This document shows, piece by piece, positions 23,426 to 33,831 of a stretch of 35,318 nucleotides of DNA. The DNA is taken from contig NC_068999.1 of NCBI RefSeq assembly GCF_001194135.2, positions 23,194,483 through 23,229,800 of the forward strand, in the 5' to 3' direction. Positions within the stretch are counted from its first letter, which is position 1, and each line of letters begins with the position of its first letter. This DNA comes from Octopus bimaculoides (taxonomy: Eukaryota). Under the pieces are notes generated by a model. It saw only the letters and a program-made list of their open reading frames with translations. It ran no database searches and was not told where the DNA came from. Position numbers and translations under genes: made by a program.

Positions 23426-24083
23426 NNNNNNNNNNNNNNNNNNNNNNNNNNNNNNNNNNNNNNNNNNNNNNNNNNNNNNNNNNNNNNNNNNNNNNNNNNN
23501 NNNNNNNNNNNNNNNNNNNNNNNNNNNNNNNNNNNNNNNNNNNNNNNNNNNNNNNNNNNNNNNNNNNNNNNNNNNNNNNNNNNNNNNNNNNNNNNNNNNN
23601 NNNNNNNNNNNNNNNNNNNNNNNNNNNNNNNNNNNNNNNNNNNNNNNNNNNNNNNNNNNNNNNNNNNNNNNNNNNNNNNNNNNNNNNNNNNNNNNNNNNN
23701 NNNNNNNNNNNNNNNNNNNNNNNNNNNNNNNNNNNNNNNNNNNNNNNNNNNNNNNNNNNNNNNNNNNNNNNNNNNNNNNNNNNNNNNNNNNNNNNNNNNN
23801 NNNNNNNNNNNNNNNNNNNNNNNNNNNNNNNNNNNNNNNNNNNNNNNNNNNNNNNNNNNNNNNNNNNNNNNNNNNNNNNNNNNNNNNNNNNNNNNNNNNN
23901 NNNNNNNNNNNNNNNNNNNNNNNNNNNNNNNNNNNNNNNNNNNNNNNNNNNNNNNNNNNNNNNNNNNNNNNNNNNNNNNNNNNNNNNNNNNNNNNNNNNN
24001 NNNNNNNNNNNNNNNNNNNNNNNNNNNNNNNNNNNNNNNNNNNNNNNNNNNNNNNNNNNNNNNNNNNNNNNNNNNNNNNNNNN
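23426..24083. other. Assembly gap (N run) flanked by (TA)n
   Basis: Run of N between TA repeats. Confidence 1.
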
Positions 24084-24135
<52 letters not shown>

Positions 24136-24149
24136 TTTCACAGTGGCAG

Positions 24150-24305
24150 TCTTCTCAGTAATAATAATGATTTCTAACTCTGGCATGATGCCACAAATTT
24201 TGAAATCGATTGAATTGATCCTAGTACTTGACTGCCACTTATTTTTAACAGTCCCAGAGGGATAAAAAATACAAAGTTGACTCTGGTTGCATTTGATCTC
24301 AAAGA
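24150..24305 (-). mobile_element. SINE family B, degraded
   Basis: Reverse complement contains TTTGAGATCAAATGCAACCAGAGTCAACTTTG...TATCCCTCTGGG and CAAGTACTAGGATCAATTC. Confidence 0.6.
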
Positions 24306-24467
24306 CAGGATATACATAAATGCCATAAAATAACTTGGTCCATTGCTCTGCTGATACCATCATCTTGATTGTATTATTATTAAAACAAATATCAAAATAA
24401 TGCAGCTGAATAACGGGCCGAAACTGGAATGAAAGCAGTTTGTGGAAATTGCTTTTGCCTTCTATAG

Positions 24468-24726
24468 TAATGTTTCTCAACCATTTTTACCCAATGGGCT
24501 GTTTTGAGTCTTGTTTTATTTGGATGAACCATCTTAACAATTCAGTGTTTAAAAAAATCCTATTTTATTTTTATAATTAAATATTATCAAGAATTATATA
24601 TAAAAAAAATTATTTAAATAGCTTGTGTATTGTTGAAAGATACCCAATTTATTGGAGATAAATTTTATCAACAAAATCTTATATGGGATTCCCAAGGATA
24701 ATACGGTCTGTAGTTGAGAACCCCTT
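24468..24726. mobile_element. hAT (Charlie-type) MITE, second copy
   Basis: Degenerate TIRs TAATGTTTCTCAACC / AGTTGAGAACCCCTT; TSD TTCTATAG (24460-24467) / TTCTAGAG (24727-24734); internal AACAAAATCTTATA shared with 2243-2502. Confidence 0.82.
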
Positions 24727-25050
24727 TTCTAGAGGAATAGTTTTTCTTTCTTGGATTCTCTAACCCTAACCCTTGCCATTAACGAGGGTATAGGTAATGA
24801 AGAGAGAAGACTTTCATTGTGGAACATATAAATATCTGTTAGGAGTTAAAGTTCTAAAAAAGGGAAATCTAATCTCTTTAATGCAGTTTTAGTTATGTAA
24901 CATTTCCAAGATAAATGTCACATTTGGACAGTTTTATAGAGTACCAAAAGTACTTAATTCTCATTGGTCAGTTCATCTATTTACTAATAAGTACTATTGC
25001 AAAGTAGATTTCACTGCCCTTAGCAGTAGGAGTACTGTATGATTTTACAG

Positions 25051-25148
25051 ATTTTATTGGTGCTGAACTGAAGATTGGCTGGGTCAAAGAAGTTCATACA
25101 AAATACGTTTCAGTGTCTCCCCCAACCACCATTGAATTATTGTGTTGA
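25051..25148 (+). CDS. Candidate exon, unknown protein
   Basis: gattttacag|AT TTT ATT GGT... reads (D)FIGAELKIGWVKEVHTKYVSVSPPTTIELLC*; no convincing donor. Confidence 0.15.
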
Positions 25149-25262
25149 AACAGTGTTCAGTGATGCCCCTACTAATCCAATGAGTTATTCACATATTGTA
25201 TTTTCATGATAATTCCTATGAGTGATAGAGCTGTTATGAACAAGGGTTGTTAATGAATTCTT

Positions 25263-25712
25263 CCAGATTCAGTCCCACTTCATGGCACCTTGGGCACATG
25301 TCTTTTCCTATAGTCTCAGGCTAACCAAAGCCTTGTTAGTGGATCTGGTAGATAGAATCAGAAAGAAGCCCATTGTATGTTTGTATGTATGTGTATATAT
25401 ATATATATATAGATATATATAAAATGTGTCTGTGTCTATGTCCCTGTAACTTAGTGGTTCTGCAAAAGAGACTGATAAAGTAAGTACCAGGCTTTAAAAA
25501 ACAAAGTTCTGGGGTTGCTTCATTCAACTGAAAGCCCACAAGGTGGTGCCCTAGCATGGCTGCAGTCTAATGACCGAAACAAGTAAAAGAGTATAGTGGG
25601 TGCTTTTTACATGCTACTGGCATGGGAGCCAGTCAGGCAGCACTGGCACGGCTACACTTGAATGGGGCAGCATGGAAAACAGATGTTAAAGGAGGAGGAA
25701 GAAGATGATGTA
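25263..25712 (+). mobile_element. SINE family A (25263-25594) followed by RTE-type tail fragment
   Basis: GATTCAGTCCCACTTCATGGCACCTTGGG...ACAAGTAAAAGAG, then GTGCTTTTTACATGC...GCAGCATGGAAAACAGATGTTAAA. Confidence 0.8.
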
Positions 25713-26974
25713 CACACACACATAGTTAATTTCTTTATGTCCATTAAGTTAGAATATTAGCATTGACTAATGACTTAAAACAAATCTTAAATGGAATCCA
25801 AGATACATGAACTGTGAGGCCAGCACCTTCAACACTTAACCATTTACACATCCACCAAACTTCTACACTTATTACAGAAACACATGTATACATAGTTTAG
25901 TTGGTGAATAATATATTAAATATGATATTACAAACTTAGTTGATGACATCTTGTCAGTAAGCACTTATATATACATTGTACTTGAGACAATTTGTTATGT
26001 TGGAATTAAATTAGTGTTAAAAATGTACCACCAAAATTTAGCTATCTGAAATTGTCATGTAATCCTTATATTAAGAATGTTAGCTGCTGAAATACTTGCA
26101 AGAAAAAGAAAAGGGAAAAAAATATTTCAAATTAGCTATATTGAATTAAGTCTTCATTTAAAAGGGTCAGCATTTGGATAGTGTAGGTGCATTAATGTAT
26201 TTGGTGTAAGTTTTAATGTACTATATTGATTTATTGTACTCATGCATTGAGATATAAACATCAGGATGCTATTGAAATGCTTTGACCAACAGTGAGAAAA
26301 ATAAATACTAAAACAAAATAAAAACCTTTGAAATAAAGCATAATTTGGAAAAGTCAGCCCTAGGACTGGTTCATTATTATGCCATGTTGCACCAACTATT
26401 AGGTTCCTTCTGGCTTATCGAGAATAAATGAATCAATAAACAACACAAATGCCATTACCACCACCACTACCACCACCGACAACAACAACAAATCCTGACA
26501 ACTTGAAAATGTTAGTCCATGTCAATCATATTAACGTTTCATAACTTGTTAAGTTGGCAGTGTTCTGGAGGCAATGTTTGTACAACTATATGAAATCATG
26601 CCAAATTACAACAAAAGATATTTCTAGATCTTTCATATTTATGTCCATCGTAGTTGTAATCGTAATGTAAGTTTGGCTGTAGTTTTGCTATTTTAGTGCT
26701 GCCTTCACATTACACATCTTACACTGATAAAGTGGTGTGTGTTTGACTGAAATCTGACTTAGTGTTGTAATATCAGGTTAAGTGGAAGGAATTTAGTTAA
26801 TGCTCTGTTTTGAAATGGTGTGAGATTGTCTATAATTCTGATAACACTACTACTACTACGATATTATTGTGATATATACCTGGTTGTAATTTTACTTAGT
26901 ACTGACAAAATATATGTATTTTTCTCTAGTTATATTTACTAATACAGATAATATATAAATTTATAAACAAAATG

Positions 26975-27236
26975 GACAAGGCATGGCTTGGTGGCTAGAA
27001 GTTTGCTTCTGAGCCACATGGTTCCAGGTCCAATCTCACTGTGTGCCACCTTGGTTAACTGTCTTCTATTAAAGCCCCAGGATGACCAAAAGATAGTGAT
27101 GAGTAGATTTGGTGGATGGAAACTGAAAGAAACTTGTCGTAAATGTGTGTGTGTATGTATGTATGTATGTATATGTGTGTGTGTATATATGTATTTATGT
27201 ATCTTTTATCTTTTACTTGTTTCAATCATTAGACTG
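26975..27236 (+). mobile_element. SINE family A 5' half abutting an inverted family A tail
   Basis: GGCATGGCTTGGTGGCTAG...GGAAACTGAAAGAAAC-(TG/TA)n, then ATCTTTTATCTTTTACTTGTTTCAATCATTAGACTGC, the reverse-complement tail. Confidence 0.75.
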
Positions 27237-27730
27237 CACCTGCTTGTGTGGCATGGTGCAGAGTCTTGTTACCAGACATAGGGTCTTCTAATAACCACCC
27301 TCTTGACCCAGGGCAGCACTACTTCCTCCACGCACTTGATGTAAGCCACTGTGTTGAGTCTGAGGCTGTGTGGGAAGATGAATGGAGGCATAACATCACC
27401 ATCACTAGTGATCACTCCAAACACCACGATGTTGATTGGGTGTTTGGTTTTTGTCACTCTCGGTACATGTCTTGGGGACATGGCAAGCCAGCAGTTGTTC
27501 TGTGTTTTCACCATCTGTTTTTATTGGAGCTTCTGGTGCAAATGCTAAGCAGTACAGCATGTCATTTCCAAATTTCTGGCAGAGTGAATTGCATAATGGT
27601 GCTGTTTTTCTCAGAGACAGTGCCCAACTGACCCTACTATACTGTGTAGTCAACAAAATCAAAGGCAAACAATGTGCATGCGTAAAATTAAAAAAATATA
27701 AAATGGCAACAATTTACCCATCACACCCTG
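27236..27730 (-). mobile_element. maT/DD37D-like (Bmmar1-type) Tc1-mariner relic, internally deleted
   Basis: Minus translation KTQNNCWLA...TKHPINIVVFGVITSDGDVMPPFIFPHSLRLNTVAYIKCVEEVVLPWVKRVVIRRPYVW*QDSAPCHTS; terminal TA-CAGGGTG at 27732-27724. Confidence 0.85.
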
Positions 27731-27758
27731 TATATATGCTTATGTATGTATGCATATA

Positions 27759-27824
<66 letters not shown>

Positions 27825-27866
27825 TACATACGTACACACACATATATACACACATATGTATGTGTG

Positions 27867-27897
<31 letters not shown>

Positions 27898-27902
27898 CAT
27901 CA

Positions 27903-29090
27903 TTTAATTAGTTAATGTCTGTTTTACATGATGGCACAGGCTGGACAGTTTGACAGGAACTGGCAAGTCAGAAAACTGCCAAGCTCTACTGCCTGTTTTG
28001 GCATGGTTTTAATGACTGGATGCCCTTCTTGACACCAACCACTTTACAGAGTGTACTGAGTGCTTTTTATGTGGTACCAGCAGCATTGAGATTACTGAGT
28101 AGCAAGAGCCCTCAGCTGGAAGAAGAGTATCGAGGGACAGAAAGGTGTCTTGCATTAGAAGAAAAAATGACTTCTTCAGATGGAGAAGAGGAGGAGAAAA
28201 AGATGTGAAGATGTGACAGAGAGAGAGCAGAGACCATACATCCAAATTACAAGGTGGTGTATATGGTTAAGTGGACCAGGAATTTGAGTATGTGGGTGTG
28301 TTCATAAGGTTTCGAAAGGAGAGTTTGAACTGGAGGTGGAAGGAAGGGAAGGGATTTAACAAGGAGATATTGTGTGTTGGCAGGCAGGTGGATATTTGAG
28401 GGAGAATGGAGGTGGGGACAGTGGTAGTAAGTATGGGTGGGTTAGGAGTCATGGAAATGGATTTTTGTTTCTGGGAAGCTGTTCTCAAGCACAGCACATC
28501 GCCAGCTGTGCTAGTCATTTGTCATCCCCTCTATGAGGCTCAACATCTGGAGATAATTTCTCATCACTTCATCTCATGTCTTCTTGGATTTTTCTCTTGC
28601 ACAGGTTCCTTCCACTTTTAGAAATCAGCACTTCTTTATGCAACTGTCTGTATCCATACACATTACATGGCAATACCAACTTAGTCTTCTCTTTTGCACA
28701 CTACAACATATGTCTCTTATACCCAGTTTTTCTCTCAAAACGTTTATACTATCATACATGCACAATGACATGGCACATCCAGTGGAGCAAATCTATTTCC
28801 TGTACATTCTTAATTTTTTTTTTTTTTTGTACCTACACATCTTACAAAGGCTACTTTCTTAGTTAACCATCTTGTGATTCCACTGCATTTCTTGTGTGTC
28901 CATAGCATGCATTGGGTACACTGTTTAGAACTTCTACCTATACCTTTTCTACATATTGAATAAGGCCATTTTCCTGAAGGGATTAGTAATTTGTCTGCTT
29001 TCCGGCTTACCAGTACTTTACTAGATTAACTCTAAAGCTCTTAGATTCCAGTCTTTGCTTCCAAAGCTGAAATTTCTTCTTCAGCTCTAA
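27903..29090 (-). mobile_element. RTE-clade LINE 3' fragment (same family as 6375-8650)
   Basis: Minus translation KFQLWKQRLESK...PSGKWPYSICRKGIGRSSKQCTQCMLWTHKKCSG; TTCTCAAGCACAGCA and AGGCTCAACA mirror 8085-8150; tail near 27903; internal deletion near 28800-28860. Confidence 0.9.
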
Positions 29091-29226
29091 TAATATATGC
29101 ATATACGTGTATATTTATATAAGTATATGCTTTTGTCTGTCTTTGTACTTGAGTTTGACAACTGGTGTTGGTTTTGTTCAGCACAATAGACTGATAGGCT
29201 TAAAAAATAATTACTGGGGTCAATTT

Positions 29227-29339
29227 ACATTATTTACATTTGACAGATATTTATCCTCATCTTGTTTGTTGTTAACACAACGTTTCGGCTGATATACCCT
29301 CCAGCTTTCGTCAGGTGTCTTGGGGAAATTTCGAACCTG
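29227..29339 (-). mobile_element. Short Penelope-like/retrozyme-like insert with 11-bp TSD
   Basis: Flanked by GGGGTCAATTT at 29216-29226 and 29340-29350; CpG-rich; contains a hammerhead core; ends on minus in AAATGTAAATAATGT. Confidence 0.8.
29274..29319 (-). ncRNA. Minimal type I hammerhead ribozyme (Penelope-type)
   Basis: Minus strand: GACAC-CUGACGA-A-AGCUG-GAGGGUAUAU-CAGCC-GAAAC-GUU-GUGUU. Stem I GACAC/GUGUU, stem II GCUG/CAGC, loopless palindromic ACGU helix III. Position 10.1 is A opposite C11.1. Confidence 0.8.
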
Positions 29340-29564
29340 GGGGTCAATTTGTTTGACAAAACCCTTCAAAGTAGTGCCCTAGCATGACCGCAGTTCAATG
29401 ACTGAAAATAATAAAAGTATTGACTTCATGGGTTTCTGGTTCAGATCTCTTGCACTCACTTCACTGCATTTCTAGGCAAAATTCTTTGTTTCGTCCTGTA
29501 CTGTCCATAATGTTTTTCTTAATGTAAACCCTTGGCAATCAATAAAGAAATCATTATTATTAAT

Positions 29565-29790
29565 TTATTGAGTTGGCAGAATCATTAGCACAACAGGCAA
29601 AATGCTTAGTGACATTTCGTCCATCTTTACTTTCTGAGTTCAAACTCTTTCATGGTCAACTTTACCTTTTTGTTCTTTTGAAGTCAGTGGAATAAGTACC
29701 AGTTGAATACTGGGGTCAATCTAATCAGCTAGCCTCTACCCCAAAATTTCTGGCCTGTGCCTATTGTAGTAAGGATTATTATTATTACTG
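29565..29790 (+). mobile_element. SINE family B
   Basis: GAGTTGGCAGAATCATTAGC...TTCTGAGTTCAAAC...AATAAGTACCAGTTGAATACTGGGGTCAATC. Confidence 0.8.
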
Positions 29791-29794
29791 AAGA

Positions 29795-30587
29795 AAAGAC
29801 CAAGACTGGGCACCTAGCAACTCATCAGGCGCTCACAGCCCTCTAGCAGTTGGGTAATGAGATCAGTGAATGTTCCATTTTAGCAATATATAGAGGGTTA
29901 GTGGCAAGGAAGGGCTACCAAGAGGCACTACCAATTTGAGATGTGCTGTCAGACAGACTTGTCTAAGGTGCATGTAAGGTGACAAAACCATTCTGTACAC
30001 ACTTGTTCAGTGTCCAGGCATTGCTGTCTTGTGAAGTTATGTTGAACAGCTGCTATCACATGCTGTCGGCTGAGTCCATAGTAAAGATTGTCCTGTCACT
30101 TTACTTTAATCAGGCAAAGTAGCTTTACTTTGCCTGGTGGCAGTGGTGAAAGAGGTTGTCTGGTGGACAAGGCAGTGGCGAAAGAGATTGTCTGGTGGAT
30201 GAAGCATGAGGACAGAGACATTACTCTTCTGTAGAACCCTCTTTGACCTTATTTAAAGTTTCGCTTGAAAAGGGTAGTGATGATGGAGAGGGAGGTGCTG
30301 TCCTTGAGTAAATTTATTGAAAAGTGTGTAGAAGTTGCAAAAATGGCAAGAGTGGGTGATACCACACTAAGTGAAGATCTGTGAGTCAGAGAACAGTAGT
30401 TGGAGAAAGCACTTCCTCTTGGTATGCAGGAAAATTTTGGATGGTGGGGTTCCCCCAATTAACCCTAGAGGTCCTCCTGTATCAGGAAGACAACATCACT
30501 ATCATCCTCCCATCTTTCTTCTTTCTTTTTACTGTTGTATACTGTGTATGCTCCCCTTCTTTGTTTTATTGTATATTGTGTATACTT

Positions 30588-30629
<42 letters not shown>

Positions 30630-30740
30630 TGTCATTTCATTGTATGTAAATACCCACACTTTATGTTTGTCTTTGTATTGTATTGTCCCTCTCCTCTTTC
30701 ACCTGGGTGGCAAATAAAAGCATTGAAATAATAATAATAA
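29795..30740 (+). mobile_element. Tx1/L1-clade LINE 3' end (zf-RVT zinc knuckle, C-terminus, 3' UTR)
   Basis: YQEALPI*D, TCLRCM*GDKTILYTLVQCP (decayed CCHC), VKEVVWWTR, YLKFRLKRVVMMEREVLSLSKFIEKCVEVAKMARV...DL*; 3' UTR with (CA)n, AATAAA and (AAT)n tail at ~30714-30740. Confidence 0.8.
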
Positions 30741-30774
30741 TGAAAGAAATCATTAATATTGTTATTGATAATTA

Positions 30775-30790
30775 TAACAACAACAACAAC

Positions 30791-30848
<58 letters not shown>
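30775..30848. repeat. (AAC)n(AAT)n(ATT)n microsatellite with palindromic junction
   Basis: AATAATAATAAT-ATTATTATTATT at 30791-30814. Confidence 0.95.
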
Positions 30849-30850
<2 letters not shown>

Positions 30851-31729
30851 AGTATCTATTTTACTGAATCCAAGCCTGAAGACTTAGTTTATTTTTGATA
30901 AGATGCAACTATATATTGAGAATGATTCTATGTAAGTGTATTCTTCTTACAGAGTCTAAGATAGCATTTGACAGTGTAAAGCATAGTGTTTTAACTCTTG
31001 AAATGAAATTCCACTGAGAATAAAAATCGTTTCTTTTATCCTGTGAATCAGCAAAATTCGTCATACAACTTTAAAACTCTTTAATTTGTTAATGAGAACA
31101 CTTATTTTTTTTCCCCCTTTTAAATGTGTTTCACTGCTGATTTAATGCTAAATGATACAGACTATGTTATTACTTGGCAACATTTACATTTATATTTCAG
31201 GGAATCAAAATACGGAAATGATCTTTAATGGAATTAATTTGATAATACATCTGAAAGAATGTTGTAATTGGAAACTTTAAGCACATTTTAAATTCATGGG
31301 CTTATTCTATTCTTCATCAAAGTGTTTTGTCAATAGATTTTTTTTCTGGTTGTTTTATGGAAATAGTGAATGGTATAATTTACGCAAATTAGGTTTGAAT
31401 TTTCAACTTTGAAATATTGATTAGATATTAATTAAAGGAATATCAACATTGTTTGATATTTTTTCTTTGTTTATAACCTTAGTGATAGGATGGGTGAGCA
31501 GCTCTGGCCATCTCATGTTCTGATTGTTGTTCAAATTAAATCATATGATATATTGCTAGATTCTAGATTTCATATTACAGTAATGTATCCTTATAGACGA
31601 ATGAAAGGAAAGAAGATTTTGGTTGCGTTTTTTTTCCTAATTTCCTAAATATATTTCAGAAAAAAATAAACAATTTTTCTGAAGAACTTAACATTTTGAA
31701 TTTTTTTAGACTAGGAATATCTCATAGGA

Positions 31730-32380
31730 ACAATAAGTATGTGGTTATCAAGCTTGCTTGGAATCACATGGTTTTTGGGCACTTAGGGCAGTATCTTCTA
31801 GTGCAGCCCAAGTCAATCAATGCCTTGTGAGTGTATTTGGTTGACAGAAGCTGTGTGGAAGCCCATCATGTGTGTGTGTGTGTGTTATATATATATATAT
31901 AAGAAACAAGTTAAAAATAAGGGTCATTGCACATTTTTCCTCTATTGGAGTAAATTTGGCTTACAACTGTTTCCAGTAGTCATTACAGGTACATTACTGA
32001 CAGGAAAATTGAACGACTTACGAAAATTAATGCTACTTTCATCAGAGCCATTTTTGGTTATGACAAGTAGGGCACTGAGGGAATGGCTATTATATGAGGA
32101 AGGTGAGAGGAGATGTAAATATTCAAGTAGAATAGAGATGTACATATATGCATGTGTGTGTGTGTGTGTGTTTCTGTCTGTTTGTCCACCCCACTCACTG
32201 CTTGACAACTGATCTTGGTTTGTTGCATCCCAGTAACTTAGCAGTTCAGCAAAAAAGAAACTGATAAAATAAGTATCAGACTTTCAAAATAAGTACCAGG
32301 GTTGATATCGTCAACTAAAACCCTTCAAGGAGGTGCTCCTGCATGGCCACAGTCCAGTGACTGAAACAAGATAGAAATAA
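31730..32380 (+). mobile_element. SINE family A split at its central microsatellite by a ~240-bp unique segment
   Basis: 5' half 31730-31900 ends in (TG)n(TA)n; 3' half 32141-32380 begins with (TA/TG)n; unrelated sequence lies between. Confidence 0.7.
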
Positions 32381-32459
32381 CTTGTTTGGTATATTTATCA
32401 GTTATTTTTACTTCTGATTATGTTTTGCTGTAAGAGATATTTGAAACATCTTAGCATTA

Positions 32460-32862
32460 AGTGCAGGCATGGCTGTGTGGTAAGAAGCTTGCTTCCCAAC
32501 CACAAGGTTCCAAGTTCAGTCCCACTGTGTGGCACCTTGGGTAAGTGTCTGCTACTACAACCTCAGACCAACCAAAGCTTTGTGAGTGGATTTGGTAGAT
32601 GAAAACTGCAAGAAGCCGCTCATGTACATATATATATGTGTGTGTGTTTGTGTCTTTGTTTGTCCCCCACCACCACTTGACAACTTGTGTTGGTGTGTTT
32701 GCATCCCTGTAACTTAGCAGTTTGGCAAAAGAGACCAATAGAATAACTACCAGACTTAAAAATAAATAAACAAGTACTGGAATCAATTCATTTGACTAAA
32801 AGTTCTTCAAGGTGATGCCCCAGCATGGCCACAGTCTGACCGAAACAAGTAAAAGATAGAAG
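32460..32862 (+). mobile_element. SINE family A, full length (best-preserved copy)
   Basis: Head GCAGGCATGGCTGTGTGGTAAGAAGC (A-box-like), AAGTTCAGTCCC (B-box-like), GGCACCTTGGGTAAGTG (CORE-like), central microsatellite, tail ACAAGTAAAAGATAG. Confidence 0.92.
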
Positions 32863-33477
32863 ATTATATGAAACAGCATTTTCTTTTTCGGTTTTCTTTT
32901 TTGTTTCATGTTATTAGTTACTTGATCCCACTCACATTACATAATTGATGCAATTAAGTATTTGAGAACATCTTTTCTTTCTTCATTAGCTTGAGGAAGG
33001 AGGTAGTAGTAGTAGCAGTAATATTTATAATCCTTTTACAAGGTTCATAAAATTGAAGAGTCAGTATAACTTACAGAAGTGGATGCAGTTAATTATTAAT
33101 TTGAACTGTTGGAGGGTTAGTGGGTGGTAGACAGCAGGAAGAGAATTTGAGTTAAACAGCATTTTAGTAAAGAATGTTCATTGACATTTCATGATAGAAA
33201 GGGAGTGATGGAGAAGAAGTTGCATTGAGTGAATTCAGGTGGGGGCGGGGCATAGAGTCACTGAGTTCAAAAGAGAAAAATGATCACATGCATATGGTTT
33301 ACTTATGGTGGGATTGTTTGTCTATTCTTTCTGATATTTGAATTGTTTTTCTGTCTGTATGTTAATAAAGTTCAGTAAATTGTATTTTATACATAGTAAA
33401 GTTACTCAGTAGTAAAAGGGCATTTAGTATCTGCCAGTTTTGAAGCGGGAAATCAACCTTTGGATTCCAGTTTTGGC

Positions 33478-33625
33478 AGTCGTCATCATCATCATCATCA
33501 TCATTATCATCACCTCCACCACCACCATTATCGTCATTTTAACTATCCACTTTTCCATGTTTGCGTGGGTCAGACAGTTTATTGAAGCAGATTTTTCTAT
33601 GGCTGGGTGCACTTCCTGTTGTTAA
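33478..33625 (-). mobile_element. RTE-type/family C tail fragment
   Basis: (CAT)n then ATTTTAACTATCCACTTTTCCATGTTTGCGTGGGTCAGAC, the reverse complement of 11400-11480. Confidence 0.75.
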
Positions 33626-33800
33626 CCCTAACCTATTTCTAAGCAAGGTGATATTTCTCAATGGCCGGACATGTTTTTCTTTTGTTTTCAGAATATTGTA
33701 AAAAAAAAAAATGACACTGCTCGTAATGACAGTGGCACTAATTTAAAACTGTCACACAATATCAAGACTAGAAGACACAAAAATACACACAAAACCTGTC

Positions 33801-33831
<31 letters not shown>

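Larger units (their letters stand above)
29110..29420 (+). mobile_element. SINE family A 3' part, split by a 113-bp insertion
   Basis: TTGACAACTGGTGTTGG...ACTGGGGTCAATTT [insert] GGGGTCAATTTGTTTGACAAAACCCTTCAAAGTAGTGCCCTAGCATGACCGCAG. Confidence 0.8.

Noticed and set aside
23381-24480. 294- and 361-aa ORFs
   Set aside because: Mostly X from the assembly gap; the remainder overlaps a SINE and MITE.
24760-24774. TAACCCTAACCCT telomere-like motif (also ~33623)
   Set aside because: Only about two units; too short to call an interstitial telomeric array.
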